Shown here: positions 22,985 to 35,060 of the stretch, piece after piece
Position numbering within the stretch: position 1 is the stretch's first letter
Layout: each line of letters opens with the position of its first letter
Origin: Selaginella moellendorffii
Taxonomy: Eukaryota > Plantae > Lycopodiophyta
NCBI RefSeq assembly: GCF_000143415.4
Contig: NW_003314294.1
Span: forward strand, 1,044,416 to 1,108,415
Direction of reading: 5' to 3'
Length of the DNA: 64,000 nucleotides
Translations under genes and position numbers: made by a program
The notes under the pieces: generated by a model
Databases searched by the model: none
The model's input: only the letters and a program-made list of their open reading frames with translations
Told to the model about the DNA's origin: nothing

Positions 22985-25900
22985 TGTAGATAGCCAGCCT
23001 GGAGTCTAATCCAAGGTGGCAAGAGATTTATGTGGACGCTGAAATGAGCGGACACAAGACTTGTATATATTTACATGGAGAAAATGAAAAGGCAGTAGGT
23101 TAGGGGAAACAGAGTGTGTCGTTTAACTAGAAAACTATCATGGTATCGGAGCAGTCGATGATCTCATGGGCAAAACAAGACCACGCAACGAGCAGCAAGG
23201 CTACGCGACTCTAGATCGCGTGACTGCTCGACTGCAGCAAAAGAAGAGGAAGGGAAAAATCCGTGCTGTAGAGAAGTTTATTCAAGATCAGGGTTGGAGC
23301 GTGCTGGAAATTGTAGAAGAAATGACCACAAGTAAGGCAATACCGATCCCTCTATTCACAGGCACAGATTTTGAGAATTGGGCGAAAGAAATTTCGTTCC
23401 TCTTTCTCCGGGACAACTGTCTCAGAATTGTCCAAGGGACAGAGCCGAAGTCAGCGGCAAGCGACGAAGACGAGTGGCAGGTCAGAAACGATAAGGCAGT
23501 CTCCACCATGGGGATTGGCTTGGGCAAATTGCACCACCACCACCTGGATATCACGAAGACCGCAGAAGAGAACTGGACAGCCTTGAAGAACGTATTCGGG
23601 AACCAAGCTAGTGCAGAGATTTCAAAGGTTGAGTTAAAGTCTAAACTTTTTGGCTTAAAAATGGCAGCGGACGAGACTCCAGCAGCTTTTCTAGGAAGGC
23701 TGAAGTCGGTGCTCTCCCAGCTGTCAAGTCTAGGTGAAGCAGTCACCGAGAATGATAAGCGAGCAGTTCTTCTCAATGCTTTGGTTCGCCCAGAATTCAA
23801 ATCACTGAAGACTATGCTCAAGAACTCAACAAAAACCTTCATTGAAATGCAAGCAGCTCTTATCAATGAAGAAGAACCAGCCGAAGACCAAACACCCGCA
23901 GATACAAACACAACCACAGCTTTGTTTGTCAATTCAAAGCAAACAAAGAATTCTCCAGGTAAAGGAGGCAGCGCTAGCAGTTTCAAGGCTGGTGCGAGCA
24001 ACACTGCGAGCAGTTTCAGGGCTAGCAATGTTGGAGACAGCAACTCACGCGAGCGTAAAGGTGAGTGCAATTATTGTAAGCGGGTTGGACACTACGCCAG
24101 AGAATGCCGAGACAGGTTAGCAGGGCGTCCTCGAGGATTGGGGAGAAAGAACGCCAGGACTGGTTATACAAACCAGTCAAGAGCTCTCATGGTAAGAGCT
24201 ATTCCAGAACCTGTGTTTGTTCAGCAGCAGGATCAAGACGTGATCTGGCTGGACACAGCAGCAAATATGCACATGACAGGCAGGCGAGAAGCATTTCTGA
24301 ACCTCAGGAAAATTTCAACAGGCAGGCAGGTTGGTTTAGGAGACAAGAGTCTTCTTTCAGTTGTAGCAGTGGGCACAGTTCAAGTACAGCTGGCCTCAGG
24401 AGAGCTACGAGATATCAGGAACATGTATTTTGTTCCAGGCTTGGCGTATCATCTTTTCTCAATCGGTGCAGCTTCTGACAACGGTTTCTATTTTATTTTT
24501 AATGCCAAGCAGGCTATTATGCGAGACGAGAAGACAGATCAAGCAGTGGCTTATGGACAACGCTATTCTGGACTTTATAAACTTGACGCCACTATGGTTG
24601 TTCCAGATAAGCAGCCAGATCGAGCGCTCTCAACTCGAGCGAGTAATCTCCAGTTGTGGCATGAGCGTCTAGGCCATGTGCATGAAGACGCCCTCAAAGC
24701 AGTGTCCAGAGATCAAGCACATGCACAAGAATTCGAGTTTACAGGCAAGCTTGAATTTTGTGAGGCTTGTGTGCTAGGAAAACAAGCACGCACATCATTT
24801 CCAAAGTTTTCAGAATCCAAGAGCAGTCAGCCTCTTGAGCTCGTTCACACAGACGTGTGTGGGCCTCTCCATGTCCAAAGTCATCGTGGAATGAGGTATT
24901 TTTTGACATTCATCGATGACTACTCACGCTACACAGTCGTGAGACTTTTGGCCAAGAAATCTGAAGTTCTTGATCACTTTAAAGTTTACAAGGCTTCTGC
25001 TGAAAATCTTCTTGGCAAGCAGCTCAAGACCTTACGCAGTGACAGAGGTGGCGAGTACAAGTCACGAAATTTTATGAAGCTGTGCAATGAGAGTGGTATC
25101 CAGCAGCAGTTTACAGCTCCAGATAGTCCTGCTCAAAATGGAGTTGCTGAAAGGATGAACCGGACTCTTATGGAGAGTGCACGTAGCATGCTTATTCACG
25201 CAGGAATGCCACTATCGTTCTGGGCCGAGGCGATTAATACAGCCACATATATTCGCAATCGAGTGCCTACCCAGCCTCTTGCAGATATTCCTTATCGTCT
25301 TTGGACCGGGAAGCAAGCCAGCTTGAGACATCTACGAGTTTTTGGATGCATAGCTTATGCGAAAGTTTCTAACAGTCATCGCAGAAAATTGGAGCCGAAG
25401 AGCATTCCTTGCATCATGGTTGGCTATTGTCTCGAGACTAAAGCTTATCGTCTTTACAACATGGCCACCAGATCAATTCTTATCAGCAGAGATGTCAAGT
25501 TTGATGAGAATTCTCTTTACAAGCATCGTTATAAAAATCCTGAGACTCCATCCTATGTTTTGTTTTATGAAGAGGACGTTTCTAGGGCATCTGGGCCGCA
25601 GCCGCAAGTGCACGGCCAGCAGCAGCCGCGAGTTCAGCAGCTTCAGCCTCAGCAGCAGGTCGAAGCAGAGCAGCAGCCTCCACTTGAGCCCAGTCCTGTC
25701 ACACCGGAGCAAGAAGATGAAGCAGTTACGCCATTTGATGACGGCTTCATTTTTTCAGGTTTGTTTGATGACCCAGAGGAGGAGGAGTCTCCACCAGGGC
25801 AGCCGCAAGCACAGCCTAGTACTCCCGGGGCTGCAAGATCCCAGCAAGAAGCAGATCCAATTATTCCCGGCAAACCGTTTCGGACTATCACACGCAGTGG

Positions 25901-27747
25901 GAGAGTCAGCTACTTATCGCAAGCAGCTCAGGATGCTCAAGACTCCGGCCTTAAATTGCTGTCGGTGATGGAGCAGTTTTCTCGTGAACCACGCACAGTC
26001 TGTGCAGCTCTTCAATCACCAGAAGCAGGACAGTGGAAGGCCGCTATGCAGGAGGAGTACAACTCCTTGATCCGTAACAACGTTTGGGAGCTTGTTTCTC
26101 TTCCACCAGGCAGGAAAATCGTCAGTACCAAGTGGATATTCAAGCGTAAATTGGATGCCACTGGAGCAGTGACTAGATATCGAGCTCGCTTTGTAGCGAG
26201 AGGATTTAGTCAAGTACCTGGCGTGGATTATTCTGAGACTTTTTCGCCAGTGGCAAAAATGTCTTCTATACGAATTATTCTACGTCTTGCAGCATATTGG
26301 GATCTGGAAGTGCATCAGCTTGATATCAAGACAGCGTTCTTATATGGCGAGCTTAAGGAGGAAGTCTATATTTCTCAGCCAGATGGATTTATTGTTCCAG
26401 GACAGGAGCAGAAAGTATGTCGACTTAAGCGCGCACTATATGGCTTAAAGCAGTCTCCTAGAGCATGGTACGAGCACATGGACAGGTTTCTTTCTTCCAT
26501 TGGCTTTAAGAAGATTTTTGCGGATAGCAACGTGTATATTTTTCGCTCTGGAAACGCATTTTCTATTTTAGCGCTATATGTCGATGATAATATTATGGCA
26601 GCACGTCCGCCAACAATCGTCAGCTATTTTGAGCGACAGTTTTTATCTCAGTTTGAGATTTCCGCGACTGGACGTCTTTCTTATTGCCTTGGGATCCAGG
26701 TGCTTCGGGACAGAGAAGCAGCAGTCATCGAGCTCTCTCAAGCACATTATGTTGAAGAAATTTTGCAGAAGTTCAACATGCAAGATTGCAAGCCCGTGGC
26801 AACGCCAATGGATCCAGGTCTTGTGCTGTCTATTGAGCAAAGTCCCAACTCTGAGGAGGAGAAAGCAGTGATGGCGAGAGTTCCATATCGACAAGCAGTT
26901 GGATGCCTTATTTATCTAGCCATCAGTACCAGACCAGACTTGGGATTTGCAGTTGGAGCAGTCTCAAGATTTCTTGAGAATCCAGGAGAAGTGCATTGGA
27001 GCGCTGTTAAACGAATTTTCAGGTATTTGCGAGGAACAGCAGGATATCGACTGAGCTACAGAAGCAGTAGCAGTGTGTCTAGCAGCAGTGGGAGCTCCAG
27101 GAGTATGCAACTTGTCGGCTTTACAGACTCAGATTGGGCTGGCGACAAGGATACCAGAAGATCAACCTCAGGATATCTTTTCTTCCTGGAAGGTGGACTT
27201 GTCAGCTGGAGCAGCAAGCGACAAGCAATCACAGCACTTTCATCCACCGAAGCTGAATATATTGGTGCAACAACAGCAGCTCAAGAAGCGAGGTGGCTTA
27301 CAGATTTTCTGGAGCAGATTGGTGTTCCAGTGCAGCAGCCAGTGACTTTGTTTTGTGACAATCGAAGCGCGATCGAGTTGTCGAAAAATCCGAAGTTCCA
27401 TGGCCGCACCAAACACTTCGAGATAAAGGTACATTTTATTCGAGAGCAGGTTCTAGCGAACAGAGTGCAGCTGAGCTATGTTTCGACGAAGCAGATGACA
27501 GCAGACATTATGACAAAAGCTTTGAGCAAAGATAAGTTTCAACAACATCGTGAAGGTATGAGCGTTATAGACTCTCACGGCTGAGTGGGAGTGTAGATAG
27601 CCAGCCTGGAGTCTAATCCAAGGTGGCAAGAGATTTATGTGGACGCTGAAATGAGCGGACACAAGACTTGTATATATTTACATGGAGAAAATGAAAAGGC
27701 AGTAGGTTAGGGGAAACAGAGTGTGTCGTTTAACTAGAAAACTATCA
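22985..27747 (+). mobile_element. Intact full-length Ty1/copia LTR retrotransposon
   Basis: Identical 156-bp LTRs (22985-23140, 27592-27747; TG..CA), TAGAC target-site duplication, PBS TGGTATCGGAGC (tRNA-iMet type) at 23141, PPT GAGTGGGAG at 27583-27591, single uninterrupted ORF. Confidence 0.97.
23166..27584 (+). CDS. Copia gag-pol polyprotein, 1472 aa
   Basis: CNYCKRVGHYAREC zinc knuckle, WLDTAA protease, HERLGH/CEAC and D,D,E integrase, LYVDD RT, TDSDWAG RNaseH. Confidence 0.97.
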   Translation: MGKTRPRNEQQGYATLDRVTARLQQKKRKGKIRAVEKFIQDQGWSVLEIVEEMTTSKAIPIPLFTGTDFENWAKEISFLFLRDNCLRIVQGTEPKSAASDEDEWQVRNDKAVSTMGIGLGKLHHHHLDITKTAEENWTALKNVFGNQASAEISKVELKSKLFGLKMAADETPAAFLGRLKSVLSQLSSLGEAVTENDKRAVLLNALVRPEFKSLKTMLKNSTKTFIEMQAALINEEEPAEDQTPADTNTTTALFVNSKQTKNSPGKGGSASSFKAGASNTASSFRASNVGDSNSRERKGECNYCKRVGHYARECRDRLAGRPRGLGRKNARTGYTNQSRALMVRAIPEPVFVQQQDQDVIWLDTAANMHMTGRREAFLNLRKISTGRQVGLGDKSLLSVVAVGTVQVQLASGELRDIRNMYFVPGLAYHLFSIGAASDNGFYFIFNAKQAIMRDEKTDQAVAYGQRYSGLYKLDATMVVPDKQPDRALSTRASNLQLWHERLGHVHEDALKAVSRDQAHAQEFEFTGKLEFCEACVLGKQARTSFPKFSESKSSQPLELVHTDVCGPLHVQSHRGMRYFLTFIDDYSRYTVVRLLAKKSEVLDHFKVYKASAENLLGKQLKTLRSDRGGEYKSRNFMKLCNESGIQQQFTAPDSPAQNGVAERMNRTLMESARSMLIHAGMPLSFWAEAINTATYIRNRVPTQPLADIPYRLWTGKQASLRHLRVFGCIAYAKVSNSHRRKLEPKSIPCIMVGYCLETKAYRLYNMATRSILISRDVKFDENSLYKHRYKNPETPSYVLFYEEDVSRASGPQPQVHGQQQPRVQQLQPQQQVEAEQQPPLEPSPVTPEQEDEAVTPFDDGFIFSGLFDDPEEEESPPGQPQAQPSTPGAARSQQEADPIIPGKPFRTITRSGRVSYLSQAAQDAQDSGLKLLSVMEQFSREPRTVCAALQSPEAGQWKAAMQEEYNSLIRNNVWELVSLPPGRKIVSTKWIFKRKLDATGAVTRYRARFVARGFSQVPGVDYSETFSPVAKMSSIRIILRLAAYWDLEVHQLDIKTAFLYGELKEEVYISQPDGFIVPGQEQKVCRLKRALYGLKQSPRAWYEHMDRFLSSIGFKKIFADSNVYIFRSGNAFSILALYVDDNIMAARPPTIVSYFERQFLSQFEISATGRLSYCLGIQVLRDREAAVIELSQAHYVEEILQKFNMQDCKPVATPMDPGLVLSIEQSPNSEEEKAVMARVPYRQAVGCLIYLAISTRPDLGFAVGAVSRFLENPGEVHWSAVKRIFRYLRGTAGYRLSYRSSSSVSSSSGSSRSMQLVGFTDSDWAGDKDTRRSTSGYLFFLEGGLVSWSSKRQAITALSSTEAEYIGATTAAQEARWLTDFLEQIGVPVQQPVTLFCDNRSAIELSKNPKFHGRTKHFEIKVHFIREQVLANRVQLSYVSTKQMTADIMTKALSKDKFQQHREGMSVIDSHG

Positions 27748-29699
27748 TAGACCATTTGCAAGGTTGTGGCTCCTGTACCTTGTGCTGGTACAATGTCAGT
27801 ATCAATAATCAAACGCCTTTTCTTACCAGCCTGACCTGAACTCTCAAGTCAAGTAGGCCGCTTCACGTGGCCGGCAAATAGTTGCTCAAAGACAAAAGCC
27901 ATACTGTTTGAATAGCGGTGCACGTGCATTGAATTTGGCCTGCAAATAGTTGCTGAGCAGCATCACTTGTTGGAATTAATATGATCTAAATAATACATTG
28001 CGTGTGCATTTTATTCTGATATGTTATACATACATCTTTTAACTTGCATTTGCACAAGCCTTATCATCACACATAACGTGGGCATTGTATGAGAACCTTT
28101 TTAAAATTAAAAGTGCATAATAATTAAAAAATGTATATATAGTTTGTCTAAATGTTTCAAATCTTTTAGGAGTATTTATTATAAAAATATTTGTTCATAA
28201 AAAATAAAAATATTTGTTCACATATTTGTTTATTTGTTCTATGTATTCAGTAAAGAACTTTAGTTTTTTTAAATCAATTTAAATAAGTTACCCATTTATA
28301 GCAAATAAAAAAGTTGACACTCATTATCTCAAACTCTAGGCATATTAGACACATTCACAACAATTGATATTAGACTTGAGGGAAGCGATACAATTATGAA
28401 ACAGCAGGATTATGAAAACTATTACAAGTAAAACAAGGTATACCTGTAAAAATTACAACTAATAATTAATGATAATTGAACAGGACAAAGACACCATGTG
28501 CAAGCCTGATTCTGTTGAGAACGAGGAGTTGGAAGCATGCATCTAAACCAGGTTCCATAGTCTCTCTCTGTTTGAATTTATCTTATGTACAACCCACAAA
28601 AAGAAGGGGGATTGTTGTCATTTTTCACTGTTGTTTCTTGTTCAACTTGCTCCACCTGCACAGGGACCTTGCTATGATTCCCTACCCTAAACTAAGTCAA
28701 AATGATTTGTTAATTGTGTTGATTCATTTGTTTTTCTTAGCTTTGCATATTGTAAACTGCGTGCACTCACCCTTGATAACTCAGCACAGATTCAATGCCA
28801 ATCAGAACTAGTTTTCACAATGGATTGCCGGTCAATATGGTCAACATAACAGTCGAAATTCAAAGGTGATACTGATTCTTGAAAATTCTTTCCCCTTAGA
28901 TAATCTTTCAACTAACAAACTTGTCTAAATCAAAATACATTGAAGCTACCATACATCCATTGATAATTACATTTTTCCATGTTTCCTTGATTTGAAGACA
29001 GCTATATAACTGTTTGGTTTGCCTAAGCAAACGTGTACACCTCTGAGCGATCATTTGTGAAGCAGCACACCACCAAGTGTCCTTGCAAAACCAAGCAAGG
29101 GCCTTATAAAATAAGTAATTGCCCCTTTGTTGGATCCGGATAACGTCACTCAAAAGAATCCCAAGTTAAGTGTTATAACGATGAGTGAACGAGGCCGGGT
29201 GCGAAGGTCTACGAGATAGTGGTTGGGTCAAATGTTAAGCTAGACCCTAGTCCACAAAGGACTGTGGACCAATGGGTCTTTTCTGGGACATGTCTACTTG
29301 GAGAATCACCAAAGGACTGATAAAAGAATAATCTTGGAGGGGTTATATAAAAAGTAGCAGGGTCGCTACCTACAGCAGAATCATGCATGTTTTTTGGTGG
29401 ATAAAACACAAAACCCAAGCAAAGCCGAAACATGGATAAAGTTATTTAAAAACATCTCAAGTTAAATGCTACAACAGGGTGCAAAGGGTTTGAGGGATAA
29501 TGTTTGGGCCAAGTGTTACACCTTTAGTCACTAAATTTCACTAATAACTAGAAAATTGACAATTTTTTGTGCCTTAAACACGACAAAGAAGTTAATGAAT
29601 GTCAAAGTCATGTGGAGCAGGCTACATATAGCTTTCTAGTGTGAAACTGCCGGTCGATGCCAATTCCTAAAACATGAGCTAGAACATTAGCAAGCCAAT

Positions 29700-32650
29700 G
29701 ATAAATGTCGGTATATTTGGTGTTGATGTCAAGATTTAAATTTTCAACTTGAATCCATGGTTGCTTTGTTGTTGAGAGCATCTATTTGTTAACCTAAACT
29801 ATTTGTTGTAGACTATGAAGATATGAGCACCTGCTTCAGATTCTCCTTGTCACGCTTTTTCCAAGTTGAAGGCGTGGATTTTACGGAGAGGAGTAAATTT
29901 CTACTTGAAGATCCATTTGGTGGAGACCACTCTTCTATCTTCTAGCAAATCTGCCAAACTCCAAGCATTGTTCTTCATAAGAGTATAATACTTTTCTTTC
30001 ATTGATCCGCGCCATTGGGTAGCCTTCCGACTATACATTGCTTCAAGTATTGTGCGAGGTTCTGGAGTCATCCATCGCTCACCTCCTGCAAAGTAGAAAT
30101 CAGCTCCACTGTTGGCAGGCATTCTTCCTCAAAGTCGAGGTGCTGGCAGACTCCAAAGCCTTGCGAGAGAGATAACTTATGTTGGTTGAGTGAGAATGAG
30201 AAGGAGAGGAGTGAGAAGGTTCAGGAACCAATTGGAGGCTAGGAGGAGCTGATCCGTTGAAGACATTGTTCAGTACCACTGGTGAATCTGGAATAGGATC
30301 TGGTACTAGAGGCAATGGTGAACCTCACTTGAGTGTTTTCTGGAATAGAGAGAGGCTCCCCGTCAAGTAGCAGCAGCCAAGATGAGTTAGTAGAGGAATC
30401 ACAAGAGATGATACCTCTAGAATGTGAAGCGAGAAGATGCTTGTACAACTTTTGCTCATCAAACAAACCATCTATGTTGTGCTTGATGGTGCGGGATTCC
30501 CAATAGGCTTTCATTTGCTCACTGTAGCCAATGAGGACACAAAAAGAGCTCTTCGGGTCCAATTTCTGTCACAAATCATCAGGAACATGGGTGATGGAGA
30601 TGGCTCGCTGCATGCTCATGCATGCTAGCATGCCTGGATCTTTCTGAGGCAAAGCAGTAGCCTATATTCAGAATCAGTTACCGAGTAAGAGCTTCTCCTA
30701 TAATATACCTTACGATATGAGGACTGGGAAGAAACCCAGCATTGCTCACTTACGCATCTTTGGTTGCGCTGCCTATGAGGTCCTATTCATACGCTTTGCA
30801 ACTCCATTCTGTTGCGGGGTGTACCAACAAAACTAGCACTGGATCCCTTCCCGTTCATAATAACAAAAGAATTTGTTAGACAAGTACTTGTCACCACTGT
30901 CGTAGTGAAGAACTTGAAGCCATAGACCTGTTGCCACCTCAACCTTTGCTTTGAAAAGCTAGAACAGCTGCATGAGTTCAGATTTATGACGCATCAGCTT
31001 CACTACCACCTTCCTTGTATATATAGGTAGCAACATGCATGGGTACGCAAACATCCAAATGAACCAATGGTAACGCCTGTGTACAACAAATCTTGAGAAA
31101 GATTGCCGAGAAAGAACCACTTCTGGTAACACTTGAGCAAGCTCCTTGATTGATGCCATAGTTGAAGAGAAACTGCCTCCTTGGCTGCTAAAGTGGCACT
31201 TGTTGGGATCACTGTGACGTTTAGCTTATATACCCACATCTACTGCCACTGGCAACCTCCTCCTATCGCTGGTCCAGTAACTAACAGCTGCTGCGACTGA
31301 AGATCACCTGATAGCCCTTGTCTATGATGTCACTGACAGACAACAGAATCTGGCTTATTCTTGGCACAAAATAGACCTCTGCAATCCTTCAGAGCTCTTC
31401 TGTATGAACGATTAGGGAACCTTCAGCCACTGGTATGGCTGCTTTGTTCACTGTTCAACCTGGAGATAGAAAGTGAGGCATATCCAGCACTTCAATTTGA
31501 GGTGTCATGTGTAGTGTGGCTCTAGAATCGAGCCATACTTCTGTTGCTCTGCCTTGGAGATTTCTTGCGCCCCCGCCCCATAAGCAATTGTTGCGCTAAC
31601 TGTTGCTGCATTGATTGTCTCGAGCAAAATGTCCACAATGGTTGCAAATACCTTTCTACGTCCATAGCCGGTCATGCTAGAAGGTGAGGCGCTGCCTGCG
31701 CGATTTTGTTGCTGCCTATTATCTCTTCTTGAACAAGGAGGACGAGTTGATGGTTTCCTTTTCTCACCACTAGGGCTGTCGCTTGAGAACTCGAGGCCTT
31801 CCCATGATCGGAAAACTTTTCCTTTAAGATTGCAGCCTGCATCTTCTGACAATCAAGGCCATCGATGTTATTGAGATAGTCCATAATGAATCAAACTTTG
31901 CATGCCCTCGCATAGCATTCAGGAGTAATGCTTGCAGATCCACATCTGCTACAGTGTCACCCAGACTGGTGATTTGTGATCGCAAAGTTTTCATCCTGCC
32001 CAAGAATGTGGAGATAGGCTGTTCTGGAGAAAGCTTTAGGCCGAAGAACTCAATCTTCAAATCCACCTTCATCACTGAGCACTAGCACGACTGCCCAACG
32101 TGTTGTGTAGTAGTGCCCAATTATCTGTTGCAGGCTTCTCGATATCTAGATGATGGTGAAAATCACGACCTAGCCCCATCCCCATTGATGACAAGGCTTT
32201 GCCATTTCGGAGTCCCCACTTCAACGCTGCGTCAGGATCTTATGGTTGTGGCTCTTTTCAATGTCACACAAGAAAATAAACTCCATCTCCTTGCTCCAAT
32301 TGAAGAAGTCTCGCCCATCATAGATGGGGATTAGAATTGTTTTCATGGTGTTTAGGGACGAAGCTGCAGGTTTCTAGATGCTCAAAGACACCCTTATGAT
32401 CTTGTGACTAACATCTTTTGCATTTCTTTTCCTGCAATCTTAAGTTGATGCTGGCTATTGCTAGCTTGATCCTCTCTTGAAGATCAATCTTCTTCTTCTT
32501 CTTGGCCATCCCTGGCCAAACCTGCTCCGATACCATGACAGAGAATGCGGAGAGATTTTCATTGCTGGATATGTAAAAGCTAAAAGTGACCCTAGACCTA
32601 GGGTGACTTGGATGATGAGTAGATGATGATGAGGCTCCCACCTAAGCAAC
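29700..32650 (-). mobile_element. Degenerate Ty1/copia with gag remnant and PBS, related to the intact copia family
   Basis: PBS TGGTATCGGAGC on the - strand at ~32524-32535; gag fragment 'KVDLKIEFFGLKLSPEQPISTFLGRMK' resembles the gag of 23166; degenerate IN/RT. Confidence 0.8.
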
Positions 32651-32959
32651 CCGCCAATGCCTAATCATTATGTCATGAAGTATATCATCTTAATTGAAAG
32701 GAACAAATCAAAATTTAAAAGCAAAAGACTTACTCCATGACAAATCTTTCATCGAAGTTATCCATTTCATCGTGACTAAAATCAGTACCATAAAAAATAA
32801 ATCACCAAAAGGGCATAAAACGAAAGTTTATCTCCAGGACCCATAAGCTGTCGTATTGTTTTCAACGATTCACTCCTACTTTAACAAAGTATAATCTTAG
32901 AACTAGTTAGAAACAAAATAGCAAATCTTGAAGGATATATTCCATCCATATGAGACGAC

Positions 32960-33990
32960 TAGATCTACATCCAATGCACAACCTGGAAACCCGGCAGCCT
33001 TTTTCGACCCCTTCTCGTTCATCAAGGTTGGTGGAAAAGCTAAGTCGGTGCCAGTTTTGCAGTTGAAATGTCAAATGTGCTTCTCTGGGATTGAAAGCCA
33101 CTGTTAGAGCAATCAGTAAGATTATCCCTGATACCAAACAATTGGTTTACACACCGAATGTTAATACCTTTCAATTCTCCTCTGACATCCAAGATTGAGG
33201 TCGGGAGCCCCTGCAGCCCCGATTAGTCGTCACACAAATTCTTCAAAATAAGAAAAGCTTACAAACCTTACACCGTTTATGCCAGCTCCAAGAACAGGCA
33301 TAATCCGATGGACTTTTGCTGGAAAGCTTATTGTTGATGATTAATTGTCGGTGTTGCAGGAGAACTCATACAATGTTTCAAGAGCTCCTCCATCTCGAAA
33401 CAGGCTTTTACCTTGCACCGAGTCCAAGAACAAGCAAGAGAAGTTGAAATATCAAAGAAATTCTCCTGCAACACCTATTAAGCAAGCCTTCCAGCACAAG
33501 AAACAAGCTTACCTTGCACCGCAGCTGCTGAAAGAAGGATCGGCTGGGCCAGACCGAGCAGATCGCGGAAAATCACGTAAGTTCTCCTGCATCAACGATT
33601 CATCGTCAACAATATCCTTCCAAGAAATAAGCTTACCTTGCGAGTCCAGTAACAGGCGGGATCGGGACCAGATCCTGACAGATCGGGCAGCTTCTCCTGC
33701 AATCATCAACAATATCGGTATGAAATGCGATTTCGACTTGAAATCTCCCGGAAACACCATGGAAGAAGAACGACGCTCTACCGCTACCGTAATATGCAAG
33801 GAAATGCGGCGATCCGAGAAAGAAAGAAGCGCTAGCGAGAGGCCAGCGATGCGCGGGAGGGAAATGAGTCAAGAGAAGGAAATCGATCGATTACCTTGCC
33901 GGGAACTTCTGCCACTGGCTGCTGCCGCTGCTGCCGCCGCTGCTTTCCATCCCGCATCATGTCCACAAGCTCGATGCTCGTCATCGCCGC
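32960..33990 (-). other. Multi-exon gene or pseudogene of unknown function with tandemly repeated micro-exons
   Basis: Repeated units TGCAG|GAGAA...GCAAG|GTAA define exons 33696-33637, 33586-33513 and 33465-33412, plus one ending at 33267; 47-50-nt introns between the first three. Confidence 0.5.
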
Positions 33991-34049
33991 TCGATCGCCA
34001 CCGCCGCGCTGAGAAGAAGTTCCTAGCTTTCGGCCCGCCACTTCCCTCT

Positions 34050-34560
34050 ATTTAGACGGGCGAGGCCTCTGGTACGGCATGGGCCACATCTTCGTACGAA
34101 CAGGTCGAAGTCCATTATGGGCATTTGCTGGAACAACACCCGTCCACGACACTCTATCTTTTCTCTGCATTGACTCCAGCACGAATTAATATTTAGGCAT
34201 CTGGCTATGGCCCAAATTCCCCCCAAAGGGTGTGTCAACCAAGGAGATCGCCTACCGGCATTGTATCAAAAGCATTCTCATCTTTATCAAAATGACATTC
34301 TTGGGCATATGCTGCCTGTGGCACTTTGTCAAGCAGCAGTTCCACGGCATCCAGCATGCTGCTAGATCCGAATGGTGCCAGCATTGCTCAGAGAGCACTA
34401 CGTTCCAGGTGACCGCTGACAAAAGGAACCCGGGCACTGCTGCTGGAGTCGAGAAGCTGGATACCTCCGGTGGCGCCTGCCGCATTTGCCATAGCTCAGG
34501 AGCAGCGAGATTGGTATCGTCACGCTGTCGATGATCTTGGCGGCGTTCTGCCATGCTCTT
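34050..34560 (-). pseudogene. Degenerate PPR fragment (a related fragment lies at ~35300-35480)
   Basis: AYAQECHFDKDENAFDTMP-like and VTWNVVLS motifs in broken frames. Confidence 0.55.
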
Positions 34561-34599
34561 GGGTGATCACTCTTCGATCCAATCTTTGACAATGCAGCG

Positions 34600-35060
34600 A
34601 ATGGAGAGAACTCGAAAGGCGCTACAGGTAGTCTCTAGTGGTGCGATAGGACGCCCAAGGCCATGGAATTCGGCCAGCCAGATAGGGGACGTTGTTGTGT
34701 TTAAGCTCACTTTACGGGTTTCATGCAAGAGATCATGCAGGATTCCGGGACACACGGCTCTGTCGTAAATCCTGGTCATGTGCAAGGACTCGAGCAGCTT
34801 TTTTTCTACGGCCTTCTTTCCAAGTCCAAGATGGTGGAGCTTGTTTCGTGGGATGATCAGTTGCTGGTCGTGACTGTGAGAAAAAAGGGGGAAGAACGCC
34901 CTTGGGTTTTTCGCGAGGACGAAGTTCGCCAAAAAGACTTCCAATGCTGCCACCTTTACGAAGATCCAAGCTCTGTCTGCCGAGAAGAGGCTACTGGCAA
35001 TCTTTCACGAGCTTCTTAGCCTCACGATCGAAAAGAGAGCTGCTTCTACAAGGTTCAGAG
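34600..35060 (+). pseudogene. Degenerate PORR-domain gene copy
   Basis: DNA and peptide similarity to 17850-18450 (MVELVSWDD, PYEDPS, FHELLSLTIEKRA). Confidence 0.7.
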
